This document shows, piece after piece, positions 61,110 to 64,000 of a stretch of DNA of 64,000 nt. The stretch's first letter is position 1. Each line of letters begins with the position of its first letter. The notes beneath the pieces are model-generated. The model saw nothing but the letters and a program-made list of their open reading frames with translations. It was not told where the DNA came from and did no database searches. Origin of the DNA: Squalus acanthias (Eukaryota). The position numbers and the translations under genes were made by a program. Where the stretch lies: the NCBI GenBank assembly GCA_030390025.1, contig CM059431.1, forward strand, positions 133,302,001-133,366,000, written 5' to 3'.

Positions 61110-63348
61110 GAGAGGAGAGGCGAGGGGGAGTAGAGGCGAGGGGGAGGAGAGGCGAGGGGGAGGAGAGGCGAGGGGGAGGAGAGGCGAGGGGGAGGAGAGG
61201 CGAGGGGGAGGAGAGGCGAGGGGGAGGAGAGGCGAGGGGGAGGAGTGGCGAGGGGGAGGAGTGGCGAGGGGGAGGAGTGGCGAGGGGGAGGAGAGGCGAG
61301 GGGGAGGAGAGGCGAGGGGGAGGAGAGGCGAGGGGGAGGAGAGGCGAGGGGGAGGAGAGGCGAGGGGGAGGAGAGACGAGGGGGAGGAGAGGCGAGGGGG
61401 AGGAGAGGCGAGGGGGAGGAGAGGCGAGGGGGAGGAGTGGCGAGGGGGAGGAGTGGCGAGGGGGTAGGAGAGGCGAGGGGGAGGAGAGGCGAGGGGGAGG
61501 AGAGGCGAGGGGGAGGAGAGGCGAGGGGGAGGAGAGGGCGAGGAGAGGCGAGGGCGAGGAGAGGCGAGGGCGAGGAGAGGCGAGGGCGAGGAGAGGCGAG
61601 GGCGAGGAGAGGCGAGGGCGAAGAGAGGCGAGGGCGAAGAGAGGCGAGGGCGAGAGAGGCGAGGGCGAGGAGGAGGAGAGGCGAGGAGATGCGAGGGCGA
61701 GGGCGAGGAGAGGCGAGGGCGAGGAGGAGGAGAGGCGAGGAGATGCGAGGGCGAGGAGAGGGCGAGGAGAGGGAAAGGCGAGGGCGAGGAGATGCGAGGA
61801 GGAAGACGAGAATAGGCGAGGGCGAGGAGAGACGAGGGGGAGGGGAAGGAGAGGAGAGGCGAGGGCGAGGAGAGGCGATGGGGAGAAGAGGCGAGGGGGA
61901 GGAGAGGCGAGGGGGAGGAGAGGGAAAGGCGAGGGCGAGGAGAGGGAAAGGCGAGGGCAAGGAGAGGCGAGGGCGAGGAGATGCGAGGAGGAAGACGAGA
62001 ATAGGCGAGGGCGAGGAGAGACGAGGGGGAGGGGGAGGACAGGAGAGGCGAGGGCGAGGAGAGAGGGAGGAGAGGCGAGGGGGAGGAGAGGCGAGGGGGA
62101 GGAGAGGCGATGGGGAGTGGGAGGAGAGGCGAGGGGGAGGAGTGGCGAGGGGGAGGAGAGGCGAGGGGGAGGAGAGGCGAGGGGGAGGAGAGGCGAGGGG
62201 GAGGAGAGGGCGAGGAGAGGCGAGGGCGAGGGCGAAGAGAGGCGAGGGCGAAGAGAGGCGAGGGCGAAGAGAGGCGAGGAGATGCGAGGGCGAGGAGAGG
62301 CGAGGGCGAGGAGGAGGAGAGGCGAGGAGATGCGAGGGCGAGGAGAGGAGAGGGCGAGGAGATGCGAGGAGGAAGACGAGAATAGGCGAGGGCGAGGAGA
62401 GACGAGGGGGAGGGGAAGGAGAGGAGAGGCGAGGGCAAGGAGAGGCGATGGGGAGAAGAGGCGAGGGGGAGGAGAGGCGAGGGGGAGGAGAGGGAAAGGC
62501 GAGGGCGAGGAGAGGGAAAGGCGAGGGCAAGGAGAGGCGAGGGCGAGGAGATGCGAGGAGGAAGACGAGAATAGGCGAGGGCGAGGAGAGACGAGGGGGA
62601 GGGGGAGGAGAGGAGAGGCGAAGGCGAGGAGAGAGGGAGGAGAGGCGAGGGGGAGGAGAGGCGATGGGGAGTGGGAGGAGAGGCGAGGGGGAGGAGAGGC
62701 GAGGGGGAGGGGGAGGAGAGGAGAGGCGAGGGCGAGGAGAGAGGGAGGAGAGGCGAGGGGGAGGAGAGGCGAGGGGGAGTGGGAGGAGAGGCGAGGGGGA
62801 GGAGAGGCGAGGGGGAGGAGAGGCGAGGGGGAGGAGAGGCGAGGGGGAGGAGAGGCGAGGGGGAGGAGAGGCGAGGGGGAGGAGAGGCGAGGGGGAGGAG
62901 AGGCGATGGGGAGTGGGAGGAGAGGCGAGGGTGAGGAGAGGCGAGGGGGAGGAGAGGCGTGGGGGAGGAGAGGCGGGGGGGGGAGAAGAGGCGGGGGGGG
63001 AGAAGAGGCGGGGGGGAGGAGAGGCGAGGGGGAGGAGAGGCGAGGGGGAGGAGAGGCGAGGGGGAGGAGAGGCGAGGGGGAGGAGAGGCGAGGGGGAGGA
63101 GAGGCGAGGGGGAGGAGAGGCGAGGGGGAGGAGAGGCGAGGGGGAGGAGAGGCGTGGGGGAGGAGAGGCGAGGGGGAGGAGAGGCGAGGGGGAGGAGAGG
63201 CGTGGGGGAGGAGAGGCGTGGGGGAGGAGAGGCGTGGGGGAGGAGAGGCGTGGGGGAGGAGAGGCGAGTGGGAGGAGAGGCGAGGGGGAGGAGCTGGCGA
63301 GGGGGAGGGGAAAGAGAGGCGGGGGGGAAGAAGAGGCGAGGGGGGGGG
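61110..63348 (+). repeat. Purine-rich 16-bp minisatellite (GAGGCGAGGGGGAGGA)n with higher-order structure
   Basis: Direct inspection. 16-aa periodic ORFs. Runs into the gap. Confidence 0.97.
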
Positions 63349-63848
63349 NNNNNNNNNNNNNNNNNNNNNNNNNNNNNNNNNNNNNNNNNNNNNNNNNNNN
63401 NNNNNNNNNNNNNNNNNNNNNNNNNNNNNNNNNNNNNNNNNNNNNNNNNNNNNNNNNNNNNNNNNNNNNNNNNNNNNNNNNNNNNNNNNNNNNNNNNNNN
63501 NNNNNNNNNNNNNNNNNNNNNNNNNNNNNNNNNNNNNNNNNNNNNNNNNNNNNNNNNNNNNNNNNNNNNNNNNNNNNNNNNNNNNNNNNNNNNNNNNNNN
63601 NNNNNNNNNNNNNNNNNNNNNNNNNNNNNNNNNNNNNNNNNNNNNNNNNNNNNNNNNNNNNNNNNNNNNNNNNNNNNNNNNNNNNNNNNNNNNNNNNNNN
63701 NNNNNNNNNNNNNNNNNNNNNNNNNNNNNNNNNNNNNNNNNNNNNNNNNNNNNNNNNNNNNNNNNNNNNNNNNNNNNNNNNNNNNNNNNNNNNNNNNNNN
63801 NNNNNNNNNNNNNNNNNNNNNNNNNNNNNNNNNNNNNNNNNNNNNNNN
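63349..63848. other. Assembly gap (500 N)
   Basis: Run of N. Confidence 1.

Positions 63849-63880
<32 letters not shown>
63849..63880 (+). repeat. (CT)n microsatellite
   Basis: 16 CT units after the gap. Confidence 0.95.
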
Positions 63881-63885
<5 letters not shown>

Positions 63886-64000
63886 CCTCCTTCCCCTGGG
63901 ATTTATGGCCTCACAGGTTACACCACGTTCCAGCGCCGAGCCCTGGCCCAGGAGCCTGTGCCGTCCCAGCCGAAGTTGTTCTGTCGCCCGCTCCTTGCTT

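Noticed and set aside
59740..62934. Long Pro/Ser/Leu- or Gly/Arg/Glu-rich ORFs up to 488 aa
   Set aside because: They are translations of stop-free 22-bp and 16-bp minisatellites, open in several frames on both strands.

Overview
Eukaryotic, repeat-rich vertebrate DNA. The repeat content (CR1, L2, Penelope, DeuSINE, LF-SINE-like) suggests a cartilaginous fish such as a shark; this is inference. The only host gene is on the minus strand: five internal coding exons of an ABCC4/MRP4-like ABC transporter (141, 38, 98, 147 and 80 nt, all GT-AG, phases compatible), matching my recollection of human ABCC4 exons 16-20. The rest is intron filled with nested transposons: many CR1 LINEs (one nearly intact ORF2), a second LINE family, L2 fragments, Penelope-like elements with minimal hammerhead ribozymes, Harbinger-type MITEs plus a decayed Myb/SANT gene, a small hAT element, SINEs, two G/A-rich minisatellites and a 500-N gap. 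The most interesting observation is in two divergent CR1 copies. In both, ORF1 ends in an in-frame U_UUA_AAC heptamer directly before its stop, and ORF2 continues in the -1 frame. In the youngest copy ORF2 has no AUG until after the endonuclease domain. This is a candidate programmed -1 ribosomal frameshift. All family names come from recognition by eye, not database searches, and boundaries of old repeats are approximate.
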